A DNA stretch of 42,476 nt, taken from positions 1 to 42,476 of the forward strand of contig CANHRW010000001.1 in NCBI GenBank assembly GCA_947462865.1, in the 5' to 3' direction. Below the pieces are notes generated by a model, which worked only from the letters and a program-made list of their open reading frames with translations, was not told where the DNA came from and did no database searches. Source of the DNA: Bacteroidota bacterium (lineage in GTDB: Bacteria > Bacteroidota > Bacteroidia > UKL13-3). The number at the start of each line of letters is the position of its first letter. Position 1 is the first letter of the stretch. The translations under genes and the position numbers were made by a program. Positions 1 through 9,226 of this stretch are shown in pieces.

Positions 1-196
1 ATACTTTAACAAGCATTTCTCTTTCAATTTGTGAAAGAATTGTGATTTGCTCTTCTAAAGACAATTGATTAATCAGTACAACCAAATCTTCTGGGTGTAA
101 CTGTGTCAATAAATTATTTAACTCGTTCAAAGAACCATTCCCGAGTAGTTCTTTGATGAGCTTAATGTAATTTTTATCAATTAAATTTAATTCCAT
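1..196 (-). CDS. mgtE: Magnesium transporter MgtE, N-terminal fragment (runs off the window start)
   Basis: Not in the ORF track. Hand translation of the minus strand from the ATG at 196..194 gives MELNLIDKNYIKLIKELLGNGSLNELNNLLTQLHPEDLVVLINQLSLEEQITILSQIEREMLVKV, with no stop down to position 1. The LHPEDL...L.LS.EEQ pattern resembles the MgtE N-terminal domain, and ksgA-mgtE adjacency is common in Bacteroidota. The call rests on only 65 aa. Confidence 0.55.
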   Translation of the reverse strand, partial: MELNLIDKNYIKLIKELLGNGSLNELNNLLTQLHPEDLVVLINQLSLEEQITILSQIEREMLVKV

Positions 197-972
197 TTCC
201 CGTTTAATTCTATCAAATTTACCAATTGAATAAAATCTTCCAAACTAAGCTCCTCTGCTCGTTTAGCTGCAAATCCTCCTAAATGTGCATCCGATAAACC
301 AAAAACTGAAACCGCATTCCTTAGTTTTTTTCTGCGCTGATTGAATGCTGTTTTAACTACCTTTTTTAATTTACCAATTGGAACAGGCAATTGGGTTGTT
401 TTCCTAACCATCCGCATCACACCTGATTCTACTTTTGGAGGAGGATCAAAAACATGTGGGGGAACTGTAAACAAATATTCTGTATGGTAATATGCTTGTG
501 TCAATACACTGATAATGCCATAGTCTTTTCCACCAGGTTTGGCACAAATACGTTCAGCTACTTCTTTCTGAAACATCCCTACCATCATTGGAATTTGCGA
601 CACATTGTCTAAAATTTTAAATACAATTTGAGAAGATATATTGTAAGGAAAATTACCAATAATTGCGAACTCTGATTGAAAAATATTTTTAAAATTCATT
701 TCTAAAAAGTCTTCACTTAACAAGCGATTTTCTAAAGCTGGAAAATGATTCGCTAAATAAACAACCGACTCTTTATCTATTTCTGAGGCCCATACCTGCA
801 AATGCGGAAAACGCAGTAACCTTTGTGTGAGAACACCCATCCCCGGACCAACTTCCAATACTGCAATTGAATTTACTTGGCTTTGCAAGGCATCTACAAT
901 TTCATCTGCAATAACCTCATCGGTTAAAAAATGTTGGCCTAAATGTTTTTTTGCTTTTACTTTTTCAGACAT
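187..972 (-). CDS. rsmA: 16S rRNA (adenine1518/1519-N6)-dimethyltransferase RsmA/KsgA
   Basis: 261-aa ORF. N-terminus KKHLGQHFL, SAM-binding VLEVGPGMGVLT and catalytic GNFPYNISS motifs are typical of KsgA. Confidence 0.95.
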   Translation of the reverse strand: MSEKVKAKKHLGQHFLTDEVIADEIVDALQSQVNSIAVLEVGPGMGVLTQRLLRFPHLQVWASEIDKESVVYLANHFPALENRLLSEDFLEMNFKNIFQSEFAIIGNFPYNISSQIVFKILDNVSQIPMMVGMFQKEVAERICAKPGGKDYGIISVLTQAYYHTEYLFTVPPHVFDPPPKVESGVMRMVRKTTQLPVPIGKLKKVVKTAFNQRRKKLRNAVSVFGLSDAHLGGFAAKRAEELSLEDFIQLVNLIELNGKWN

Positions 973-1075
973 GCTTGCAAATTCTCATATTTTGTTGGAA
1001 CATGAAAGGTTTTTATTTTTTAACCAAGCATCTGTCATCAATTCAACCATAGAACCAATTAACAGATTCGCATTC

Positions 1076-1109
1076 TTTGTTGATTAGCACATTTAAAAAA
1101 CTAAATTTG
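1076..1109 (+). promoter_or_regulatory. Candidate Bacteroidota sigma-A promoter for pepA (TTTG at 1076..1079, TAaaTTTG at 1102..1109)
   Basis: Exact TAnnTTTG -7 box ending 4 nt before the pepA ATG (1114). An upstream TTTG lies at a 22-nt spacing, slightly long for the usual 19-21 nt. Confidence 0.4.
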
Positions 1110-1113
1110 CTTT

Positions 1114-2550
1114 ATGATTGAAGTAAAATCTATTAAATCTATGGCAAAAAAATGTCATAGTCTATACCTGGTTGACAACAAAACAGATTTCAAGAAAATT
1201 GGATTGAGCCCTGAGGCCATCAAATTAATCCAATCAAAATTTGCAGACAAAACTTATTTTGTAGGCATTACGCTTTTGTCGGATAAATCCTATTTTCAAC
1301 ACAAAGATGGTCTCAAAACCAATACATATGAACGTTTAGAAGAACTGCGTTGTTTGGGAAACAAATTAAATGGTCTGCTTAACAACGATAAACAAACCCA
1401 ATTTCAAATTTCAGGTTTTAATACTGATGATGCCATGGCATTTGCTGATGGTTTTTTGTTGAGTAATTACCAATTTCTCAAATACAAAACCAAAGACAAC
1501 AAACCCAATACCCTAAAACAGTTGAGTATTCATACCCAGCTGAACATTGCGCAATCCATTGACAACTTAATCAGCGTTTGTGAAGCTGTGTTTATGGCCC
1601 GCGATTTGGTCAATGAACCCCAATCTTATTTATCTGCTACTAAATTAGCAGAAGAAATGGCTAAAATGGGTAAAAAGGCTGGTTTTAAAGTATCGGTTTT
1701 AAATAAATCACAAATTCAAACATTAAAGATGGGAGGATTACTTGCTGTCAACAAAGGCAGTAAAACGCCTCCTACTTTTACCATTGCAGAATACAAACCC
1801 GCTAAACCAATTAATAAAAAACCAATTGTGTTAGTAGGCAAAGGAGTGGTTTATGATACGGGTGGTTTGAGTTTAAAACCAACCAGTGGTATGGACACCA
1901 TGAAATGTGACATGGCAGGTGCTGCCGCTGTTGGTGCGGCGATGTATGCAATTGCCAAATCAAAATTAAATGTACATGTGATTGCATTGATACCAGCAAC
2001 AGACAACAGACCTGGAGAAAATGCTTATACGCCTGGTGATGTGATACATATGTATGACGGACAAACAGTTGAAGTATTGAATACTGATGCAGAAGGCCGA
2101 ATGATATTGGCAGATGCTTTGGCATATGCTAAAAAATACAAACCTGAATTGGTTTTAGACTTTGCTACATTAACGGGGGCTGCAGCTGCTGCTATTGGGC
2201 AATATGGAATTGTTTGTATGGGTAATGCTCCTGAAAAAACAAAGGAAAAACTCAAAGAAAGTGGCAACCAAGTACACGAAAGATTGGTAGAATTTCCATT
2301 CTGGGATGACTATGGAAAACTCATTAAAAGCGATATTGCCGACTTAAAAAACATTGGAGGGCCTGTAGGAGGCGCCATCACTGCTGGGAAATTCTTAGCC
2401 CATTTCACAGATTACGACTGGATGCACTTTGACATAGCAGGACCTGCATTTTTAGCTTCAACAGATCAATACAGAGGAAAAAATGGAACAGGTGTAGGCG
2501 TACGATTCATTTTTGATTTCATCCAAAACTACGTTAGCCCCAAAAAATAA
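1114..2550 (+). CDS. pepA: Leucyl aminopeptidase, M17 family
   Basis: 478-aa ORF with the M17 signature NTDAEGRMILADAL and the VGKGVVYDTGGLSLKP metal/active-site region. Confidence 0.9.
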   Translation: MIEVKSIKSMAKKCHSLYLVDNKTDFKKIGLSPEAIKLIQSKFADKTYFVGITLLSDKSYFQHKDGLKTNTYERLEELRCLGNKLNGLLNNDKQTQFQISGFNTDDAMAFADGFLLSNYQFLKYKTKDNKPNTLKQLSIHTQLNIAQSIDNLISVCEAVFMARDLVNEPQSYLSATKLAEEMAKMGKKAGFKVSVLNKSQIQTLKMGGLLAVNKGSKTPPTFTIAEYKPAKPINKKPIVLVGKGVVYDTGGLSLKPTSGMDTMKCDMAGAAAVGAAMYAIAKSKLNVHVIALIPATDNRPGENAYTPGDVIHMYDGQTVEVLNTDAEGRMILADALAYAKKYKPELVLDFATLTGAAAAAIGQYGIVCMGNAPEKTKEKLKESGNQVHERLVEFPFWDDYGKLIKSDIADLKNIGGPVGGAITAGKFLAHFTDYDWMHFDIAGPAFLASTDQYRGKNGTGVGVRFIFDFIQNYVSPKK

Positions 2551-3617
2551 TGAGTAAATTACCCATCATAGGAATCAGCATTGGAGACATCAATAGTATT
2601 TCTGTTGAGGTTATACTAAAAACCCTTCTAGATAATCGGATGCTGAATTACTGCACGCCACTGGTTTATGGCTCTCCCAAAACAATCGCATTTTGGAAAA
2701 AACACCTGAACCTAGGTGACGTTCATTTTCATCAAATACAATCATTGGAGCAGTTGCATCCTAAAAAGAACAACCTTAAAATAGTTTGGGATGAAGAAGT
2801 TGACATCAAACCTGGAGAAGCAAATGAAAACGGAGGCAAGTATGCTTTCAAATCATTAGAAGCCGCAACAAAAGATTTGGTTGAAGGTAAAATTCAGGCT
2901 TTGGTGACAGGCCCTGTCAATAAAAATAGCATTGTCATTCCTAATAGAAAATTTGCAGGACATACTGAGTACATTGCCGAAGAATGTGGGGCCAAACCTT
3001 TGATGATACTTGCAAGTCAAGAACTCAAGGTGGCCTTGGTTACCGGTCATATTCCAGTAAGTGAAATCAGCAAACAACTGACTAAAGAGGCCATTGTTAG
3101 CAAAATTAGGCTGTTCGCCAATAGCCTAAGAAGTGATTTTGGAATCAGCAAACCCAGAATTGCAGTATTGGGTTTGAACCCCCATGCCGGAGATGGCGGT
3201 TTACTAGGAAAAGAAGAAATTGAAGTAATTATACCAGCTGTTGAATCAGCACAACAAGAAAATATTGGTATTTTATTTGGCCCTTATCCTGCCGATGGAT
3301 TTTTTGGAGCAGGTATGCACCAAAAATATGATGGCATATTGGCTATGTATCATGACCAAGGATTGATTCCTTTTAAAGCTTCGGCATTTATGGATGGTGT
3401 AAATATTACAGCCGGTCTTCCTGTGGTAAGAACTTCACCTGACCATGGAACTGCTTTTGCAATAGCAGGTAAAAATGAAGCTAATCCTGCTTCATTCAGA
3501 AATGCCATCTATGCAGCATTAGATATTTTAAGAAAACGAAACATACACCAGGAAATAACACATGAACCTTTGCCAATGACTCCCTTTAAAAGAGAGCGTT
3601 TCCGGATTGATTTCTAG
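2550..3617 (+). CDS. pdxA: 4-hydroxythreonine-4-phosphate dehydrogenase PdxA
   Basis: 355 aa. GHTEYIAE, GLNPHAGDGG and RTSPDHGTAFAIAGKNEANP motifs are typical of PdxA. The start overlaps the pepA stop by 1 nt (TAATG). Confidence 0.93.
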   Translation: MSKLPIIGISIGDINSISVEVILKTLLDNRMLNYCTPLVYGSPKTIAFWKKHLNLGDVHFHQIQSLEQLHPKKNNLKIVWDEEVDIKPGEANENGGKYAFKSLEAATKDLVEGKIQALVTGPVNKNSIVIPNRKFAGHTEYIAEECGAKPLMILASQELKVALVTGHIPVSEISKQLTKEAIVSKIRLFANSLRSDFGISKPRIAVLGLNPHAGDGGLLGKEEIEVIIPAVESAQQENIGILFGPYPADGFFGAGMHQKYDGILAMYHDQGLIPFKASAFMDGVNITAGLPVVRTSPDHGTAFAIAGKNEANPASFRNAIYAALDILRKRNIHQEITHEPLPMTPFKRERFRIDF

Positions 3618-3685
3618 CAAAAAAACCTGTAACAATCTGACAATCAATAAAAAGTAAAAAGTTCTACTTTTTTGTAACATTTCTG

Positions 3686-3693
3686 TATTTTTG
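3686..3693 (+). promoter_or_regulatory. Candidate -7 box TAttTTTG upstream of yceD-rpmF
   Basis: Exact TAnnTTTG 12 nt upstream of the ATG at 3706. No well-spaced -33 TTTG was seen. Confidence 0.35.
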
Positions 3694-3705
3694 TAGGCTA
3701 AAAAA

Positions 3706-4221
3706 ATGGGTTTGGTGTCTAAGGCATATACAATTGAATTCAATAAACTTCAACACGGGTTGAATAAAGATGCATTTGTATTGGACCACTCGTTCATGGA
3801 GACATTTGAATTTTCACCTGTAAAAGCAATTTCGGTTACTGCAGCAGTTGAAATAGACAAATCAGAAAACATGTACGGGATTGAAATTGAACTAAAAGGT
3901 TGTGCAACAGTAAGTTGTGACAATTGTTTGGTTTCAATTGAATTGCCTATTCATCAAAATTTTAGTTTTCTCATTAAAATGAGTGAGGCCAATAATTTTG
4001 ATAACCCGGATATGATCTATCTCAATCGAAATGAAATTGGGTATGATTTGAAACAATACCTTTACGAAAGCGTATTGCTATCATTACCAACCAAAAGAGA
4101 TTGTGATGGTTTACCCGAACCAAAACCCTGTGACAAAGCTGTATTGAATAAGTACAGTGAAAATAATGAAAACGAAGAAAATGTTGACCCTAGATGGGAC
4201 AAACTAAAAGATATTTTATAA
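3706..4221 (+). CDS. yceD: DUF177/YceD-family protein (large-subunit rRNA accumulation protein)
   Basis: 171 aa, immediately upstream of rpmF as in the classical yceD-rpmF-plsX-fabH cluster. It has Cys pairs (CDNC, CDGLPEPKPC) and an acidic C-terminus (ENNENEENVDPRWDKL) typical of the family. Confidence 0.8.
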   Translation: MGLVSKAYTIEFNKLQHGLNKDAFVLDHSFMETFEFSPVKAISVTAAVEIDKSENMYGIEIELKGCATVSCDNCLVSIELPIHQNFSFLIKMSEANNFDNPDMIYLNRNEIGYDLKQYLYESVLLSLPTKRDCDGLPEPKPCDKAVLNKYSENNENEENVDPRWDKLKDIL

Positions 4222-4245
4222 TAAATTAACAAGGAGAAATAGACT

Positions 4246-4431
4246 ATGCCTCATCCAAAACGAAAAATCTCGAACTCACGCCGTGACAAACGCAGAACGC
4301 ACTACAAAGGTGCTACTCCAACTTTAACTGTTGAAGCTGCATCAGGTGAAACTCATTTGCGCCACAGAGTAACTGCCAATGGTTACTACAAAGGGAAATT
4401 AGCTTTCCCTGAAATGAAAAAAGATATTTAA
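4246..4431 (+). CDS. rpmF: 50S ribosomal protein L32
   Basis: 61 aa. The N-terminus [21 protein letters not shown] is characteristic of L32. Confidence 0.95.
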   Translation: MPHPKRKISNSRRDKRRTHYKGATPTLTVEAASGETHLRHRVTANGYYKGKLAFPEMKKDI

Positions 4432-4458
4432 GCTTACCTAAGCACTAAGTGCACACAT

Positions 4459-5415
4459 ATGAAAATTGGTTTTGACATCATGGGGGGAGATTATGCCCCT
4501 AAAGAAGCAATTGCAGGTGCAATACAGGCTCACATAGAATTGGCAGGAACTGCCCGTATCGTATTTTTTGGAGACAAAGAACAAGCCATTTCTCTCATTC
4601 AAGAGCATGGAGCAGATGTGAATGATTTTGACTTTGTTCATACCTCAGAAGTAATTAGCATGGGGGAACATCCTACCAAAGCAATTTCACAAAAGAAAGA
4701 TTCGAGCATTTCTGTTGGTTTCGGCATGTTAGCTCAGAAACAAATAGATGCATTTGTAAGTGCTGGTAACACAGGAGCGATGTTAGTTGGATCTATGTTT
4801 TCAGTGAAGCCAATTGAAGGAGTAATCAGACCAAGTATCACATCTATAGTTCCAAAATTGAACGGAAAATTTGGGGTTGTATTGGATGTAGGTGCAAATG
4901 CTGATTGTAAACCAGATGTTCTTTTCCAATTTGGCATTCTTGGCTCTTTGATGATGAAGCATGTTTATGGAGTTGAAAATCCAAGAGTAGGCTTATTGAG
5001 CATTGGGGAAGAGAAAGAAAAAGGAAATTTAGTAACCATTGCTGCGCATCAAATGATGGCAGAAACAACTGCTTTTAATTTCATAGGCAATGTGGAAGGC
5101 CGAGATTTCTTATCTGACAAAGCCGACGTCATTGTATGTGATGGATTTACTGGAAATGTGGTACTCAAAACTTTAGAATCTGTTTACTATGTCATGAAAA
5201 AACGTGGTGTAGAAGACGATTTTATAAACCGTTTCAACTACGAAAACTATGGTGGAACTCCAATTTTAGGAGTGAATGCCCCAGTTATAATAGGACACGG
5301 CATTTCAAATGCGAAAGCATTCAAAAACATGATACTTTCAGCCAAGGAAGTTCAAAATTCAGACTTGGTTAATATTATTAAAACATCCTTTAAAAGTGTT
5401 GTTCTCCCAGTTTAA
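4459..5415 (+). CDS. plsX: Phosphate acyltransferase PlsX
   Basis: 318 aa. MKIGFDIMGGDYAP start, SAGNTGA motif and GFTGNVVLK motif. Position follows rpmF. Confidence 0.95.
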   Translation: MKIGFDIMGGDYAPKEAIAGAIQAHIELAGTARIVFFGDKEQAISLIQEHGADVNDFDFVHTSEVISMGEHPTKAISQKKDSSISVGFGMLAQKQIDAFVSAGNTGAMLVGSMFSVKPIEGVIRPSITSIVPKLNGKFGVVLDVGANADCKPDVLFQFGILGSLMMKHVYGVENPRVGLLSIGEEKEKGNLVTIAAHQMMAETTAFNFIGNVEGRDFLSDKADVIVCDGFTGNVVLKTLESVYYVMKKRGVEDDFINRFNYENYGGTPILGVNAPVIIGHGISNAKAFKNMILSAKEVQNSDLVNIIKTSFKSVVLPV

Positions 5416-5418
5416 AAA

Positions 5419-6417
5419 ATGAGTAAAATCACTGCTGCAATAACTGCCGTAAATGGCTATGTTCCTCCAACTATCTTGTCTAATAAAGACTTGGAAAAAA
5501 TGGTGGACACCAATGACGAATGGATCCTTAGCAGAACCGGAATCAAAGAAAGAAGGATTCTCAATGAACCAGGATTGGCTACTTCAGACATGGCGGTAGA
5601 AGCTGTGAATGGTTTACTCAAAAAAAGAGGCATCTCTGCAGAAGAACTAGACCTGATTATTTTTGCTACCGTAACCAGTGACCTCATATTCCCCTCTTCT
5701 GCTTGTTTACTCGCCGATAAAATCGGAGCTAAAAATGCTTTTGGTTATGACCTAGCCGCGGCTTGTTCTGGATTCTTGTTTTCACTAGAAACAGGTGCCC
5801 GATTTATAGAAAGTGGCAAATACAAAAAAGTATTGGTTGTAGGTGGAGATAAAATGTCTTCAATTATTGATTATACAGACCGCAATACCTGCATTATATT
5901 CGGTGACGGATGCGGGGCCGTTTTACTAGAGCCAAATGAAGAAGGATACGGTATTATAGATTCAGTATTGAAAATTGATGGCCATGGCCGTCATTTTCTT
6001 CACCAAAAAGCGGGTGGGTCTTTAAAACCGCCTACTCACGAAACCATAGATGCCAAAGAACATTTTGTTTTCCAAGATGGCAAAACAGTTTTCAAATTTG
6101 CTGTAACCGGAATGGCTGATGTTTCTGCCCAAATCATGGAAAGAAACCACCTGAGTGCTGATGACATAGCCTGGTTAGTTCCACACCAAGCCAATTTGAG
6201 AATTATTGACGCAACTGCTGATCGAATGGGCTTAGGCAAAGAAAAAGTGATGATTAACATCGATCATTTTGGCAATACCACCAACGGTACTTTACCACTT
6301 TGTCTTTGGGAATGGGAATCTAAACTTAAAAAAGGTGACAACTTGGTATTGGCTGCATTTGGTGGTGGATTCACTTGGGGAGCTATTTACATTAAGTGGG
6401 CCTATGACGGGAATTAA
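5419..6417 (+). CDS. fabH: 3-oxoacyl-ACP synthase III FabH
   Basis: 332 aa. Cys-His-Asn triad contexts are AAACSGF, VPHQANLRI and GNTTNGTLP. The start lies 3 nt after the plsX stop. Confidence 0.95.
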   Translation: MSKITAAITAVNGYVPPTILSNKDLEKMVDTNDEWILSRTGIKERRILNEPGLATSDMAVEAVNGLLKKRGISAEELDLIIFATVTSDLIFPSSACLLADKIGAKNAFGYDLAAACSGFLFSLETGARFIESGKYKKVLVVGGDKMSSIIDYTDRNTCIIFGDGCGAVLLEPNEEGYGIIDSVLKIDGHGRHFLHQKAGGSLKPPTHETIDAKEHFVFQDGKTVFKFAVTGMADVSAQIMERNHLSADDIAWLVPHQANLRIIDATADRMGLGKEKVMINIDHFGNTTNGTLPLCLWEWESKLKKGDNLVLAAFGGGFTWGAIYIKWAYDGN

Positions 6418-6454
6418 AATTTTCTCACACAAAACAATTCAAACATTTTTTTTA

Positions 6455-6462
6455 TAATTTTG
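6455..6462 (+). promoter_or_regulatory. Candidate -7 box TAatTTTG upstream of accB
   Basis: Exact TAnnTTTG 20 nt upstream of the accB ATG (6483). Confidence 0.35.
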
Positions 6463-6482
6463 ACTTTCTTAATCATTCATTT

Positions 6483-6977
6483 ATGGAATTAAAAGAAATC
6501 AAGGAACTAATTAAATTAGTTTCTGATGCAGGTGTAACCGAAGTAGAAGTTGAACGTGGAGATTTTAAAATCTCTATCAAAAAGACTGACGATAAAGTAA
6601 CCTATGTTCAACAAGCACCAATGGTAACTTCTGTTGCCATGACTGAACAAGCCAGACCGGCTTCTATTTCAGCTCCTGTTAACACTGAAAAGTTAGAAGC
6701 TCCTGCAGCTAAAACTGAAAGTGTCAATGGCAATTTCATTACCATTAAATCGCCAATGATTGGAACTTATTACAAATCGCCAGCTCCAGACAAACCAAAT
6801 TTTGTTCAAATAGGTGATGAAATCAAAGTTGGTCAGGTTTTGTGTATTGTAGAAGCCATGAAACTATTCAACGAAATTGAATCGGAAGTAGCTGGTAGAA
6901 TTGTAAAAATATTGGTTGACAATGCATCACCTGTTGAGTATGACCAACCATTGTTTTTAGTTGAGCCAATTAAATAA
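6483..6977 (+). CDS. accB: Acetyl-CoA carboxylase biotin carboxyl carrier protein AccB
   Basis: 164 aa. It has an Ala/Pro-rich linker and the biotinylation motif CIVEAMKLFNEIE. Confidence 0.93.
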   Translation: MELKEIKELIKLVSDAGVTEVEVERGDFKISIKKTDDKVTYVQQAPMVTSVAMTEQARPASISAPVNTEKLEAPAAKTESVNGNFITIKSPMIGTYYKSPAPDKPNFVQIGDEIKVGQVLCIVEAMKLFNEIESEVAGRIVKILVDNASPVEYDQPLFLVEPIK

Positions 6978-7029
6978 TTGGACCTCCATTTAAAAATTGG
7001 AATTCAACTCCATTCAAACAAAAAACAAC

Positions 7030-8376
7030 ATGTTTAAAAAAATACTGATTGCAAATCGGGGCGAAATTGCACTGAGGATCATTCGAACTGCAAAAGAAAT
7101 GGGCATTAAAACGGTGGCTGTATACTCTACTGCCGACCGAGACAGTTTACATGTTCGCTTTGCAGATGAGGCTGTATGTATAGGTCCTGCTCCATCTCCA
7201 CAATCTTATTTAAATATTGCCAATATCATTGCAGCTGCAGAAATTACCAATGCAGACGCCATTCATCCTGGCTATGGCTTTCTTTCAGAAAATGCAAAGT
7301 TTTCACAGGTTTGTAGAGACCATGGAATCAAATTTATTGGTGCATCTCCAGAAATGATCAATTCAATGGGTGATAAAGCCAGTGCAAAAGACACCATGAA
7401 AAAAGCAGGTGTTCCTGTTATTCCTGGCTCTGAAGGATTGCTGTCTGGACCTGATGAAGGCAGAAAATTGGCTAAAGATATTGGCTACCCAGTTATCATC
7501 AAGGCAACTGCCGGAGGTGGTGGTAGAGGAATGCGCATCATTTGGAATGACGAAGAATTTGAGAAACATTGGGACAGTGCCCGTCAAGAAGCAGCTGCTG
7601 CTTTTGGAAATGATGGCATCTACATGGAAAAGTATGTAGAAGAACCAAGACATATTGAAATTCAATTGGCAGGTGACCAGTATGGCAATGTTTGTCATTT
7701 GAGTGAAAGAGATTGCTCAATTCAAAGAAGACATCAAAAATTGGTAGAAGAAAGTCCATCTCCATTTATTGACGAGGAATTGAGAGAGAAAATGGGTGCT
7801 GCAGCAATTGCAGGGGCATCGGCCATTAAATATGAAGGTTTGGGAACCATTGAATTTTTGGTAGACAAACATAAAAACTTCTATTTCATGGAAATGAATA
7901 CCCGTATTCAGGTAGAACATCCAGTTACAGAGGAAGTCATTAATTTCGACTTGGTGAAAGAGCAGATATTAATTGCAGCTGGTGTGCCAATTAGTGGCAG
8001 AAACTATTACCCTATAAAACATGCCATTGAGGTTCGTATCAATGCCGAAGATCCGTATAACAATTTCAGGCCAACTCCTGGTAAAATAGAGTATTTACAC
8101 AAACCTGGTGGGCATGGTGTTAGAGTTGATACACATATTTATGCGGGCTATACCATTCCCTCAAATTACGACTCTATGATTGCCAAAATGATTGTAAGCG
8201 CACAAACCAGAGAGGAAGCAATCATTAAAATGGAAAGAGCCCTAAGTGAATTTATCATTGAAGGACCAGGACTCAAAACAACCATTCCTTTACAGATTAA
8301 ATTAATGCAAAATGAAGACTTCAAAAAAGGCAATTTCACAACCGCCTTTATGAATACCTTCGACATCAATAAATAA
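7030..8376 (+). CDS. accC: Acetyl-CoA carboxylase biotin carboxylase AccC
   Basis: ATP-grasp enzyme with [28 protein letters not shown] and [14 protein letters not shown]. The track ORF starts at a TTG (6997). The ATG at 7030 gives the canonical N-terminus, so I use it. Confidence 0.93.
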   Translation: MFKKILIANRGEIALRIIRTAKEMGIKTVAVYSTADRDSLHVRFADEAVCIGPAPSPQSYLNIANIIAAAEITNADAIHPGYGFLSENAKFSQVCRDHGIKFIGASPEMINSMGDKASAKDTMKKAGVPVIPGSEGLLSGPDEGRKLAKDIGYPVIIKATAGGGGRGMRIIWNDEEFEKHWDSARQEAAAAFGNDGIYMEKYVEEPRHIEIQLAGDQYGNVCHLSERDCSIQRRHQKLVEESPSPFIDEELREKMGAAAIAGASAIKYEGLGTIEFLVDKHKNFYFMEMNTRIQVEHPVTEEVINFDLVKEQILIAAGVPISGRNYYPIKHAIEVRINAEDPYNNFRPTPGKIEYLHKPGGHGVRVDTHIYAGYTIPSNYDSMIAKMIVSAQTREEAIIKMERALSEFIIEGPGLKTTIPLQIKLMQNEDFKKGNFTTAFMNTFDINK

Positions 8377-8384
8377 TTTACAAA

Positions 8385-8407
8385 AGCCCCGCAAGGGGCT
8401 TTTTTTT
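8385..8407 (+). terminator. Rho-independent terminator after accC
   Basis: Hairpin AGCCCC-gcaa-GGGGCT followed by a run of 7 T. Confidence 0.8.
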
Positions 8408-8418
8408 AGTACTCAAAG

Positions 8419-8664
8419 ATGGAACTACTCCCTTTATTGTTATTACATCCACCTATTTCAGGTTATTATGCCAAATCAAAGGGTCATTCTTTTTGGTTAT
8501 GGTTTATGATGGGCCTGTTTTTGCCCATCATTTCAAATGTGATTCTTTATTTCATCAAAGACAAACCACTGCCTATTGCTGTTGAAACAGCAACCTTGCA
8601 CGAACAAAAAGACAAAATAATATACCGCAAGCCAGGTTTTGAATACCAAATTAAAAACAGCTAG
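8419..8664 (+). CDS. Small hypothetical membrane protein (81 aa)
   Basis: ATG-initiated ORF right after the accC terminator, with one clear hydrophobic helix (FWLWFMMGLFLPIISNVILYFI). Its stop lies 1 nt before the next ATG. No recognisable family. Coding status is inferred from packing and hydrophobicity only. Confidence 0.4.
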   Translation: MELLPLLLLHPPISGYYAKSKGHSFWLWFMMGLFLPIISNVILYFIKDKPLPIAVETATLHEQKDKIIYRKPGFEYQIKNS

Positions 8665-8665
8665 T

Positions 8666-9226
8666 ATGCGCTTCAACTATCTTTTATGCATGCTGTTTAC
8701 AGGATTTGCCACAATTGCAATGGCACAAAAGCAAATTAGTGCTATACCCTTATACAATTTAAATAACCAGACCCAATACATTCAAGGTGCAGACGAGTTC
8801 AAAGCTACGGTATTGTGGTTTTATTCACCCGATTGTCCGCTATGTCAGCAATACACCCTTGTATTCAAACAGCTTCAGAAAAAATTTGGTAAAGCGGTGC
8901 AATGGTATGCCATATCAACGGATAAAACAGGTTCAAAAGCTGTAAAAAACTTTATAAAAACATACCAATTGAACATGACTTACCTCACGGATAAACACCT
9001 CCAATTGGTTCAATTATTAAAAGCACGAATTACCCCCGAAGTCTTTGTCTTGAATAGCAATTATAAGCTTATTTACAGTGGTAGAATAGACAACTGGGCC
9101 TATGCCCCTGGAAAAACCAGACCCCTTACGAGCATTCATGATTTGGAGATGCAATTGAAAAAATTGATACTAAATCAAAACATTCCATACACCTCTAAAA
9201 CCGCCATTGGATGTTTCATAGAATAA
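8666..9226 (+). CDS. Secreted thioredoxin-fold protein (TlpA/ResA/redoxin-like, CxxC)
   Basis: Signal peptide MRFNYLLCMLFTGFATIAMAQ and thioredoxin motif WFYSPDCPLCQ. The later ITPEVFVLN...IYSGRIDNW region is typical of periplasmic thiol-disulfide oxidoreductases. The track start 8639 is a TTG, so I prefer the ATG at 8666. Confidence 0.8.
   Translation: MRFNYLLCMLFTGFATIAMAQKQISAIPLYNLNNQTQYIQGADEFKATVLWFYSPDCPLCQQYTLVFKQLQKKFGKAVQWYAISTDKTGSKAVKNFIKTYQLNMTYLTDKHLQLVQLLKARITPEVFVLNSNYKLIYSGRIDNWAYAPGKTRPLTSIHDLEMQLKKLILNQNIPYTSKTAIGCFIE

Noticed and set aside
1811-2267. Antisense or out-of-frame track ORFs inside well-supported genes, for example 1811..2125 and 2025..2267 in pepA. Likewise 827..1087, 2856..3077, 4734..5068, 5457..5687, 6036..6260, 7363..7920, 8166..8369, 11323..12017, 12861..13061, 13548..13736, 14407..14661, 15167..17125, 17767..17949, 19989..20547, 23540..24432, 26238..27529, 28290..29393, 30423..31068, 32491..33082, 33492..34282, 35340..35663, 36523..36723, 37795..38019, 40136..40336 and 41056..41265
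   Set aside because: - All lie within, or mostly within, longer ORFs that have clear family motifs.
- Their translations are low-complexity or unrecognisable.
- They are shadow ORFs, expected in AT-rich DNA with few stops on some frames.
6997-7029. Upstream TTG/GTG-initiated extensions of track ORFs: accC 6997, thioredoxin-fold 8639, clpX 19921, corA 25375, lpdA 29656, PTPS 33244, PIG-L 35744
   Set aside because: In each case the extension starts at a non-ATG codon, adds non-conserved residues, and is followed by an ATG that yields the canonical family N-terminus or a proper signal peptide. The coordinates given here are for the accC case only.
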